64,000 nt of DNA from the human T2T-CHM13v2.0 reference genome, Homo sapiens. Both the position numbers and the translations under genes were made by a program. Below are positions 14,936 to 26,780 of this stretch, piece by piece. The stretch's first letter is position 1. The number at the start of each line of letters is the position of its first letter. The DNA is taken from assembly GCF_009914755.1 (NCBI RefSeq), contig NC_060936.1; one strand, 5' to 3'. A model generated the notes under the pieces. The model had not been told where the DNA came from. It saw nothing but the letters and a program-made list of their open reading frames with translations, and did no database searches.

Positions 14936-17219
14936 CTGCCCTTCCTTCTTTTTCCAGTATGATCATTAGGGTCTGGGAGGGTAAGGGTCTGAGTAAATGC
15001 AGTTATTGAGTATAGAGCCAATGCTATTATCATAATTTTATATTACTGTGAGCAATAACAACAACAACAACAACAAAACAGGGCTACCCTTTGGTGGCAA
15101 GTATCTTATATGTATATCAGCATTCAGGCTCACTAACAAAGCCAGATGAGGCGCTTTCTCAGCAGATGCAGCACTACAGGTGTCTGATTCTAGCCTGGCA
15201 AATTTTCATTTTCATAACTAAAATTACAGGGAGAAAATGTGAAATGGTAACAAAGAAACTAAACTTATATTGCCTTGTTCAAGGTTTTCATTTAACGAAA
15301 ATGTGCTCTGCACATACTAGAAAATTATACGTGTAAAAAGAAACACTTGAATTCATCTGTAAAATGCAATTCTAAATGCCACTTTTTTAAATCAACAATC
15401 CTGACACGAAGAGGACAATGTGAAAATCCTTACAACTATCAAAGTTTGATTTCATGAGGATATTAGTATATTCCTCTCAGTGGTTTACAATGGAATTTGT
15501 GAGTATCAGTAATAGTAGATATAAATATCAGACATCAGAAGATATGACGGAAGGAAACCATTCACAGATTATATACCAGAATAAACAAATAAATACCTAT
15601 CACATTACTGTGTTATTCTCTACTGTTTTATCATCATTGCTTTTTTAATGTACCAATAGGTGAAAACTACATTCAGTACCTTTCTCAAATGATGAACTGT
15701 GCCTTAAAAAGACATAAATCCTAGTAATTTGTGATGTCAAATTGTGTATCAGATTTTCAATTGTCTATATTCAGACAATAAATGAAAGTGAAAAAGAAAC
15801 ACTTCAACAGTAAAAGGAAAAGACTTATTAATTCTAACATAAATTCACACAAGAAGTCTTGAGTATATGTAGTGATCTATTCTAAACATCTTTATTCAAA
15901 ATACAAAGTACACCTTAACAACACATCAACACCTAACAGTAAATTCACACTGCAATTACACTACTGACTATGAGAAGAAATATGTCGGTTCTTGTGTTCA
16001 TACGTTTGCCGATAAAATACAAAGGGCAGATTTCTAGTAAAACTATTAAGTGAGAAAAGTTTATGTGCAAGGAAGACTAGTAGAAGGTGCTGTTCAAAAC
16101 TACTTGTCAGCCTCGAGCGATGTCATCTCTAAGCTGTTTAACCATTTCTATTTCTTTCTTTGCTGATGTTCAAAACATAAGAAGAGTCCACCTGGCAAAG
16201 GAATAGGATTCTTGTTTTCCCCTTTATCATACAGTCACCCTCCTTATCCCTGCCCTTTACAGTTTTAAGTTTTCAAGAAACTTAAACCACTTCAGATAGG
16301 GAACAGCAAAGAAAGAGAAAAAAGGAAAGGAGGAGCAAAAAATCAGATGTAAGTGTCTGATACTCTTCAAGGATTCAAAACTCCTTGACGAGTACAAAAG
16401 GAAAGAAGAACTAACATCTGTGTATCTTTGAGGGATTTAGAGAACATTGTGGCCAATGACCCTTATCACCTAGCATGAAGGCCCCCTATGTGGCACATGC
16501 CACATTCAACATGGCATTGGACCATAGAGTGGTAATATCTGCAGAAGGTGACTAAGACAGGTGGAACTGAGCACACCTCCCAAGATCCCACAAACTCCAT
16601 CATGATTCAGAGAAAACAGTTAAGCACTCTCTGGCTGCCAGGAGAGATACAGAAATGCTGATAGGACAAGTACCTAGAAAAGGCCTCGGTAGAAGGTCAC
16701 AAACCACAAGGATCTCACAACTAGACACAATGGTGAGGTCCAGGAAGTCCAAATGAGCTGCCAAGATGACATTCAAAGATCAAATAGGAAAAGTCTCATT
16801 TCAGTGGATACCAGGGCACAACGCCCAGCCACCAAATGTGCCAAGTCCAGAGCAGTAGACACAGTGAGGGTCACACAATGAATGAAATGCCCTTCACCCA
16901 GGGCAATAAGAATACTAACCTTTCCCCTTTGCTCAAATGTCATCTTGGGAGCAAAGGAAGGGAAAACCCTTGAGAAATTAGAGAACCCAAAATGATTTTT
17001 TAAACTAGAGACTAACGTGTTCTTAATTGACAAGATCTAATTTTTTCCTTTTCAGTGGGAATGGAAACTTGAAGGCAAGGTAAAAGCAGTTATGGGAAAC
17101 AAATTATGTTTCACTTGTATATCTTAAAAGTAGTGTGTAAATTTGTAGGCACACATACACACACGCCCATCCTTCTGAACCATTATCTCCAACCCCAGCT
17201 ATATAAGTATACTCTAAAC

Positions 17220-17561
17220 CAGTACTATTCAAAATGTGCTCTATGGACCATGCCAGTCAAGAAACTGTTTATTACCTGCCCAAGGTTACATAAGTACTGA
17301 AAATGAGAGTGGGTGTTTAGAAATACTATAGCAATTTCACATTGCCACATCCAAGTCTGTGACTAGCGAGTTTATCTCATTGAAGAGGACAAGAACAGAT
17401 GCAGTCAAACTTAGGTAGTGAGTTTCACCCTGAGCATGGTGCTATGGAACCCCATGCCTGTGACAGGAAAAAAAACAGCTCTTCATTACAAAGAGTGTAA
17501 GAAGAACAAATGTAGATCTGCATGTAACCTAATACCGCCACCACTTTCAGTGCTAATACTG
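17220..17561. mobile_element. Probable hAT-Charlie MER element
   Basis: Starts cagtactattcaaaatgtg and ends cactttcagtgctaatactg. No clear TSD. Confidence 0.45.
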
Positions 17562-17907
17562 GGTTTTGTATTTAAGATCAAAATGGTTTATAATAGACCA
17601 ATAAGAAGAGAGGACTTCCCATGTAAATGATGTGTTCATGCCTAGGAAAGACAAAGTGATATCAGACTGTCAAACCAAGATTCCCTAAGAGTTTGACTAG
17701 AAAAAAGTGGTGTTATTACTTTCCACAGCAGCAAGTACCATATTCACACTGCAAGAGGGAATTTAGTTTCAGGCAAATAATATCAAATCATATGAAATCA
17801 ATGTTGTTAATCTGCATATAACTGATTTTGGGGGTAGTTTTGTTTTTCTTTTGTAAAATCTGTTTTGGCTTTGTGGTTGTACGAGAGCTATAAGCATCAG
17901 CAGTTTA

Positions 17908-18268
<361 letters not shown>

Positions 18269-19419
18269 TATGTTGGCAGTGGAGAGCTGCAAGAATTTTT
18301 TCTCCCTTCAAAAGGTTCCAAACATCATTTTAATTGAGAATAATGATCTTTTGGATATTGGGTTGTCAGAAGCCTGGACTGAAAGAAGCAGATAAGTAAC
18401 ACCAGGGAGTGGCAGAGCCCACTCAGTATTTGAGCTGGACTTTTCCAGCTGCAGCCAGAAATGAGGCTGCCTTGGATAACTGCAACATTGTATGCATTGT
18501 AACTTTGTTGCATTACTTGAGTTATTTTGTTACAAATGGGAGTCCAAAGGGGAACCTCATGTTTGAACTTCATTTTGGAAGACTACGGATTGAAATTTTT
18601 TAATAAAAATTTCCAATTTATGAAACACAAGTTATCCAAATAATGCCTCCATCCAGAGATGGCCTGCTAATAGGCAAATGTACCTGAAGACCCTCTGTCT
18701 TTCACAATTTCTGGCCTTTGTGATATAGTAACGTTACATTAATAGCTTTCACCTCTAAGTATAAACCCCAAAGGTCAGTATGCCAAGAATCATCCTTACT
18801 TTACAGATGAGAAAGCCACAGTCAAGATGGTCGGTCTATACCTAGGCCAAATAGCCAGGGAAAATGGCTAAGAGACAGAAGACTTAAACTCCAGCTTTCT
18901 GATTTTGAGTATAGTACAAGAAGTATATTAAAACTTTATTCACAGAGTACTTAGTTGTTTTCAGAAAATAATAAACTTAAAACCCTACCCAATTGCATTA
19001 CCAGGGAAGATAAATCTAAAAAATAAATACAGTACAACCATTCCCTCTCTTTCAGCTTAAAAACTCATGTAAAATTCTAAATTAGTTTTAGGAGATAAAT
19101 GTACAGAATAATTATTTTTCCTTTAAGAATAGGTAATATAAATTGTATATAAATAAAAGAAGAAAGCTATTGTACAATAAGCTATCATCATGGCACAGTC
19201 TGGTAGTCCATCACTTTGGTGGTTCCTTATTTTTATATTATTCTACCACATTATGTTTACTTTTTCCCCTACATTGACCGGTGGAGTGAGGCAATAAAAA
19301 AGGCAATATGTGATAGAAAAAACACCAGGCTCTGTATCAAGATACTGGGTCTCAATATACAATTCTGATTCTAATCAGTACTTGAACCAGAGATCTACAC
19401 TCTTCATGTTTCCGACATT

Positions 19420-20165
19420 TACCTGGTCACCAAGTCCATCTCCTGAGTAGCTGCACGGCCTGAAACAGAGCAGTAGCCTCCCACCTGCTTCACTCCCTTC
19501 CAAGTCCCTCCCTTTTCAAATGTTTCCTCCCTGCTGCCAAGATGAGCTTTCTAAGACAAAAATCTGATCCTGACACTCCTCTGTTGGAAGCCTATCAATT
19601 CTTTATCGCCTGCCAGATGCAATCAAACTCTTTAACCTGGCATACGAAGCCCTTTCCAATCTGGCCCTTTCTAGTCTAATGCTCCCATCCAGCTCCATTC
19701 CTCATCCCATAGGGGAAATGAATATTTATATTCTATGCTCATAAGTATGTTCATACTCTACACTCCATCCCCTTTAAGAAACCAGTCATGGTTCCCAGAA
19801 TGTCTCATTTCACAATGCTTTGGAACATACCATGCTCCTTGCCTGAAATTCCTTTCCTTCTATCCCCTCCCAACTCTCTAATCTCCTCCCCTTCCTTCAA
19901 GTCTTTTAACACTTCCTCTATGCCACCTCCTCTGACAGCTGTCTTCAGAAACTTCTTTCTTCCCACCCACCCCCAGCACAATCAACCCCTCTTCTCTGCT
20001 CCCTCCGCATTAATCTGTACAAGAGTAGAGAAGCTGTCCTAGAGTTATCTGTCATAGCCCATGACTCTACAACTATACTTAATAATCTCCTTTAAAATGG
20101 AAACCATTATTTTCTCATCCCATCATGGCACTTTGGCAGTTGGTACTCAATAAACATTTGCTAAG
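19420..20165 (+). mobile_element. L2 fragments
   Basis: ctttctaagacaaaaatctgatc...aaactctttaacctggcat...ggtactcaataaacatttgct. Confidence 0.6.
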
Positions 20166-20419
20166 TGTATAAAATGTGGTCTTGGGCACATTTCTCTCTC
20201 TACACTAGATTCTTTGTTTTCATGAGAGCTGGGCTAGAATACATCAAAGACCTTGGCTGCATCAAGTTCTATGTTTCAGTGTAGTTTTTCACAAAACATT
20301 AGACTTTTTAAAAATGTTTTATGAGGTTCTTAAAGAATAAAAATTATTGATTGATTGTTTCATCATCAGGATATCCTAAGGTGTTAACAGACCTATATAA
20401 ACATACCATTAAAATGGTA

Positions 20420-20650
20420 GTTGCCATTACTGAACTCCAAACCATCTGCAAGGTACTATCATACATTCCTCCATATTTGTTAATTTCATTTAATCCTCAC
20501 ATGACATAGATATTTCTTGTCCTCATCTTAAAGTAGAGAAAACAAGGGCTTTAAAAAGTTAAAAAGCCCCTAGAGTTAGTAAGTGCTGGAGTGAATTTAA
20601 ACCCAATGCCATCTGGACCTCAAATATCTCCTCATCAACTACTGTGCTGG
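20420..20650 (-). mobile_element. MIR
   Basis: tttcatttaatcctcac...gttagtaagtgctggagtg..tttaaaccca. Confidence 0.6.
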
Positions 20651-21834
20651 CACTTAAGGAATCTATCTAGTACACAGACCATATCTTCTTTACATTGTAT
20701 TCATCACCTCACTTGGTGCTTAAAGTTTAGTCGCTGTTGAAATGAAAAGTGGTAAGAAATTAAATCAGGTGCTTTTAATATGCAGATATACTTGAAGAAC
20801 ACTAATTTTCCCATAAAGCTGATAGCACCCTTTGGCCACTGACATACCTAAATGAGTAGGCTTCTTGAATAAGAAAATTTGAATAAGTAGATTTTTTATA
20901 TTTATATTTAAGAATCTTTTCAATTTCAGAAGAAATGAACTTTAATAAAAGATAAAACAAGAGATTCAAACCCAGCATTTGGCTTCGCATTTGAATTGTT
21001 CTGTTAGACATGTTACTTTTTATTACTATCATTCTTGTATTTTGTATTACTAACTACTATTATAATTTAATTGAAAATAAATGAATCAAATCCTAAATGC
21101 CTTTAATAGTTTGCCATCTGCAGCATTTAATATAACAGTTTTAAAACCCATAAGATTCAATTCTCAAATTCTTTTACTAATATCAGTTGAAATTTCTTTT
21201 TCTTCATGAACGAAACCAATCAGTTGCTGCAGAAGAAAGTATTAACTGAAGCCTCTTTGTTTGACCACTGGGCTGTCTGTTAGGTAGCCAGAGTTCAGAT
21301 TTTGGCTTTAATTAAATAAAATGTCGGCAAAGGACAAATATACAATGGCTGTTAACAATACAATCATTTCCCAGTTTTTCACAGTAAGGAAGAACATTCA
21401 ATTCTTGTTAATGCTTGCCTTCATGGCAAATACGCTTTGAAAAAAAAGGAAAAATATGCAATAATGGCAAGTCTTTGGTGGAAAACCCATTCACTTAAAT
21501 GAGTTACTTAAAATGTAGTCAAATAATTCAACTTAAAAATATGTTGAGGTTCCAAACCTTATTGTTAGAGTTAATTAACACATCTACCTTGCAAAAGCCT
21601 TGTCAAAAGTCCAAAATATACTGTAGAAGTGTTTTCCCAGTATACATAACTAAGCAAACTCTCTAATGAATTCCTAATGAAAGATTTGATGGCAGTTTAT
21701 TAGAATTTTGTCCGAAAGGGAAAGATGTTACAATGTTAATAAAATTCTACAAACTTCACCTCAGGAAGTGTAACTTGACTTCTTTTTAAATATCTCTTTA
21801 GAAATAAATGCCCTAAGTCTTGGCTTTATAAGTT

Positions 21835-21975
21835 CTGGCAAATTCATTAGCTCTCTGAACCTCAGTTTCCCCATCTGACAGGGTGACGAATAATAACACT
21901 TACCTTACAGGCATGTTATAAGACTGTACCAAATAATGCATGGGAAACATCTAACATGGTGCCTGAAACAAAGCA
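21835..21975 (+). mobile_element. MIR
   Basis: ctctctgaacctcagtttccccatctg MIR core. Confidence 0.7.
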
Positions 21976-22178
21976 GGCCCTAGATTTCTTTGCTTTCTTC
22001 TCTTTTACCTACTTTGTTCCTTGGGAAAAAGTCAAATTCCACATTGGACTTTTTGTTAAGGAGGTTGTGGGTGGGGTCACCAGATCTCCTCGATATGGGT
22101 GATTTGGGAAATGAAACAGGCCAAGTTTGTAGTAAAGGTCTACTCCTTAAGCTCCCTGTGCTTTCTCATAGATATTTT

Positions 22179-22530
22179 TTTATTATTATTATACTTTAAG
22201 TTTTAGGGTACATGTGCACAATGTGCAGGTTAGTTACATATGTATACATGTGACATGCTGGTGCGCTGCACCCACTAACTCGTCATCTAGCATTAGGTAT
22301 ATCTCCCAATGCTATCCCTCCCCCCTCCCCCCACCCCACAACAATCCCCAGAGTGTGATGTTCCCCTTCCTGTGTCCATGTGTTCTCATTGTTCAATTCC
22401 CACCTATGAGTGAGAATATGCGGTGTTTGGTTTTTTGTTCTTGCGATAGTTTACTGAGAATGATGATTTCCAATTTCATCCATGTCCCTACAAAGGACAT
22501 GAACTCATCATTTTTTATGGCTGCATAGTA
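22179..22530 (-). mobile_element. Young L1 (L1PA2-like) 3' end
   Basis: Near-consensus 3'UTR with GAG at the ACA/ACG/GAG diagnostic site (GCTAGATGACGAGTTAGTG). Perfect 16-bp TSD TTCTCATAGATATTTT at 22163-22178 and 22531-22546. Confidence 0.92.
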
Positions 22531-22611
22531 TTCTCATAGATATTTTATAAAAGCTCTTTATTTATATCTAAAGGGGTCCAAATATCCACAAAAAATAAAA
22601 TTCAAAAAAAA

Positions 22612-22770
22612 CTAGCCAGCCATGGTGGTAACATGTCTGCAGTACCAGCTACTCAGGAGGCTGAGGCAGAAGGATCTCTTGAGCCCAGGAGGTAGAGGCT
22701 ACGGTGTGCAGTGATTGCACCACTGCACTCCAGACTGGGTGACAAAGTGAGACCCTGTCAAGAAATAATA
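22612..22770 (+). mobile_element. Alu right monomer (FRAM/AluJ)
   Basis: Single right-arm sequence. Confidence 0.8.
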
Positions 22771-24302
22771 ATTGCTAAAACAGAAATCTAAAGAGAAGTT
22801 CTCAGTTTCATTTGTAGACCTCCAAAACTTGTAAGAGGAAAAAAAGGCAAGGGGGTGAAGTGCTATAAAAAATGCATGTGTTTTCCCCTGGTGAATGTAT
22901 ATGCTAATGTGAAATGCACTTAACACACCTATATAATTAGATTATATATATTTGTTAAATCTAAATATAAAAGCAAAGGAAATGAGAAAATACAAATTAA
23001 TATTTTTCTCTTTTCCTCAATAATAAAAATGCCAAAAAGTATGTTTGCAGAAACAGATAATCTTTCCAAGCATTATGGTTGATTTTCTATCCTAACTACA
23101 CATTATTAAACACAATAAACATTTACTAATCAAAGGCACACAAGTAAGAAGGTATGGTACCGGCAAAAGAAAAGCATCATTAATTACAGAAGCATCTATC
23201 TCTTTATACTAAGAATTTTCTCAACAACTATTTTCTTATTACACATGATCAGCTAATAAGCAGATGTAAAACAATGAATACATTACTTAATTTAATTTGA
23301 TTGGAAGAGATATCAAACAGGACAGTTTTCAGAAACATTTCTCTTCTCCTAAAACATTTACCCCAAAGTGTATTAAGTGGCTTCTAAATGGATTGGGTTT
23401 AGCAGATCAGGCAGAAAGTCAGGGGTAGTGGGTAGGATGGAGAAATGTGTTCTGAATTTTAATAGTATGTTAGCGTACATGGGTGAGTCTTAACATGTCA
23501 TTTTGGAAGTGACTGCATTTACTGCAACAACCCATATGTTACAGTTTCTCTGCTCAGCATTGCATGCCATAGCAATAGCTTCATCTTGACACAGGCCTTC
23601 GAGATGAACCCGAGTAATGAATGGTGTGTAGATACGACATGAAATTACATAGAACAACCAAGCCTCTTTTTGTATGCGGCAATAACACAAAAGCATGTTC
23701 CCTCAATCTTTGAATTGAGATTGGCATGTTTTTCTTCTTTTTTAGGAATAAGGCTAAGATACATACTCCTTCAAATATGCGGTCCTCAAAGAAGCTAGCA
23801 TCTTGTATTAATTTGCGTTACATCTCAAGAAGAGATTTTACTAAATAAAATCTACATGAAAAAAATGTTATGCTAGAGTAATCTCCATAATGGGTTTTAG
23901 AATGTTTACATGTAGATTGGGGTTGTGGGGAATGTGGAAAGCGCAGTGGTTTAGATGAGCACAACCAACCTTAGAATTTAATAGTAAGATATTCGAAATT
24001 GACCTTTTGGTTAATGTTAATCCAAGACAAAATTTAAAATGTATTTGTTCCATGTTCATTATTTTCCTGACCAACCTGACAGTTTAATCTTTTTGTTTAT
24101 ATTTAAAAGAATCCAATTCAACGTTATTTGAATCACTTAGAATTTCAAGGGTCAAGGGAAAAGCTTAACACAATTTGACCTGAAATACAAATAGAAAACA
24201 TCTCTCATCTCTTTACACTGAAATTCATCCAAAAGGATAAGCCAAGCTCAAGCAATGTCCTCTGATATATGCATTACAAGTCACATAGGCAGCTCAGTTT
24301 AA

Positions 24303-24307
24303 ATATA

Positions 24308-24359
<52 letters not shown>
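24303..24359 (+). repeat. (TA)n(CA)n microsatellite
   Basis: Direct reading. Confidence 0.95.
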
Positions 24360-26482
24360 AACTGAAACACAAACACCAGTTAGACAGGAAATTGTGAAAG
24401 AAACAAAACCATATATTTGTCCATTCCAAAAGAAGCAGGACTTCAAAAAGAAATGCTACAACCAAACAAAAATATATACTAATTATTTAGAAAAGCATCT
24501 CTTAATTAAAGTGAGAAAGAAGAAACCTTTAAAGTGAAAAAAGGCAAAAAGTAACAAACATTTTTTGTTTTCTCCTATTGGGGGAGATAAGGCAGAACAC
24601 TCAATTTCTTACTCAGATTTTTATGCTCTGGAGGAATTTCAGTCTTATCTCCACCAAGCAGATTAGACAATCATCTTTCAATGTTACCATATATTTCCAA
24701 AAGACATACAAGTACATTTCGTGACAATCCAAAAATCTACCCACTTCAGCATTCTGATAAAACTTGTCGGAAGCATGGTGATTTTTTTTTTAAGCAAACT
24801 GATACATTTAATGCCAAGTACATTGTGACATTTAGTTGATAGGACAGTCACTCCATGCTTGACAGAATGCTTTCATGTAGTGCTTTTACCTGGTTATAAA
24901 TTATTGGTACTGCTATTTGCAACTTTAAAGATATGATTTACTAAAGGGAGAAGCAGAAGCATTCCTAAAGCAGGGGTGCCTTTTGAATGGGTAGACGTAA
25001 GGTCACCTGCCAGAAAGTGTGCTGGAAAATGAATGCACATATCTAATAAGGAGGTGCTTAAAAAGGGATGAATTCCCTGAGTCATTAAACAGGATACAAA
25101 CCAAAGACAGGTTGTGCCACCTAGAGAAAAACTGGAAATTGTACATTGGTTCTTCAGTAGTAAGTGTTATTCAAAAGCTTGAAACTTTTAACATGCCCAA
25201 TAACCAAGCCACCGTCCATACCAGCTCACCAAACTGCTGCATTAAGCCCCCTTGACAACACTGCCTTCTCCACACACCAGACTGGCCGGCCTCCTCTGGC
25301 TTTCCTCGCCCACCTACCCACGCTGCGCCGCTTAACCTCAGCACCGGCTGTTTCCCACAGCCCATGGAGCCCCTGCATCCTGAAACCTATCCGGTTCCAA
25401 AGCACCTTCCTCGAAGACAGGACAGGACAGGATAGAAGAAGCAAAGGGATAAACCCCGGTGGACCTTGCCAGCCAGCGTTCCTCTGGATGCTAGCAGAGC
25501 CACCGTGCACATCCCTCTAGCCCCATGGGGCCTGTATAGGAAATTCTGGTGCACTCAGTACATCATATCCAGGTTACCAAGCTGAACTCCCTGGCCAACC
25601 TCTGCACCATCCAAACACCATGAAATGACCTCAACAGAACTAAGCCTTGAAGGTGCAAAAGGCCTTCAACTTTCCTCTCCGCAAGTTACTTAAAAGCAAA
25701 GTGTCCAGCACACTTGTCAAGCTGAAGCACAAAAGGGCTGCAAGGCACCAGGCAGAGAGCCGCCTTTTGCAAAGAAAATAGACAGTAATTAAGAAAAGCC
25801 CGCAGTCCTGCGGTATTAAACTGACAGCGGGGACTGCGCTGGGGCATAACTCATCTCCAAGCAGTCACTCCCAGCCCCAGACCCTGATCGAGGGGACAAT
25901 CTTTCCCCTCCTCTCCCCTTCTAGAGACCTGCGGCAGCGCCCCCTTGCCTCCCCTACGCTCTTCCTTCTCCTCTTCCTTCTTTATGAATCTCCAGCAACT
26001 TTGGGTTGGCAATGCCGTCGCAGCCCAGCCAGAGGCGGGGACAACGCAAGGGTGGCCGCGGGAGGTGGAGGAAAGTTTGAAAAGTCACTTAAAGCACTGC
26101 AGGAACCCCCCTCCATGCCCACCATCACCCCCCAGCACCCACCCCACAGACGGCCGCTCGGAGCTCCACGTGCGAGCGGGCCCTGCAGAAGCTGGAGTTT
26201 CCCCTACATCCTCGCCAGAAAAAATCTTTCCCCAAGCGAAAAGTTCCCTGCTGCAGCACCACCCCTCTCCCGCTGCCCTCTCATCCCGCCCCCCCCCCCC
26301 CGCAAAAAAAATGAATCAGAGTTCGCAAGACGCCACCTGGATTCGCCCGCGGGCCCTGAGGGCGCGGCGCCCCTCCCCCGTCGGCGGGTGGACGGGTCGG
26401 GAGGGAGCCGGGGAGAGGGAGGCACCGGGCGGCCCCGGCCCGGACCCCTGCCCTCCCTCCCCGGCCCCGCCGCCTGGCTCAC

Positions 26483-26540
26483 CTCTCTCCTGCTCCTCTG
26501 CCTGCAAGCAGATAGGGATATTCTTCTTCCAGCCGGGCAT
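26483..26540 (-). CDS. GRIP1: First coding exon (58 nt, phase 1) of GRIP1b isoform, MPGWKKNIPICLQAEEQER, with palmitoylated Cys11
   Basis: ATG at 26540 in GACACCATGC context (A at -3) inside a CpG island. 19 codons plus G, then donor GAG|GTGAGC (GT at 26482-26481). Peptide matches the recalled GRIP1b N-terminus with Cys at position 11. Confidence 0.92.
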
Positions 26541-26651
26541 GGTGTCGCTCCCTGCGCTCGCTGTCGGGCTCGCTCTTTCTCGCTGGCTCTCTTTCTCCGG
26601 GGCTCTCCGCGCCTCCTCGCTCGTCCTCTAGGGCAGCCGCGCCGGGGCTGT

Positions 26652-26690
26652 TCAGCGGGGCTGGGGCGCCGAGGCGGCTCCCGGGCACAT
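26652..26690 (-). other. Candidate uORF MCPGAASAPQPR* in the GRIP1b leader
   Basis: ATG at 26690 (weak context, T at -3), TGA at 26654-26652. Starts 150 nt upstream of, and in frame with, the main ATG. Confidence 0.5.
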
Positions 26691-26741
26691 TGAAGCGGCG
26701 CCGCGCGCCCCGCGCTCCCCTCAAACTCGCCGGCGGCTCCG

Positions 26742-26780
26742 GGCGGCGGCGGCGGCGGCCGGGCCGGGCCGGGCCGGGCC
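26742..26780 (+). repeat. (GGC)6 C (GGGCC)4 compound GC repeat
   Basis: Direct reading: ggcggcggcggcggcggc c gggccgggccgggccgggcc. Confidence 0.95.

Noticed and set aside
25933-25952. CTCF-like AGGGGGCGCTG on the minus strand
   Set aside because: Lacks the 5' CC half of the core motif. Not supportable without ChIP data.
26316-26482. Continuation of the 74-aa ORF past the donor
   Set aside because: This is intronic read-through. Similarity to GRIP1b ends at the GTGAGC donor.
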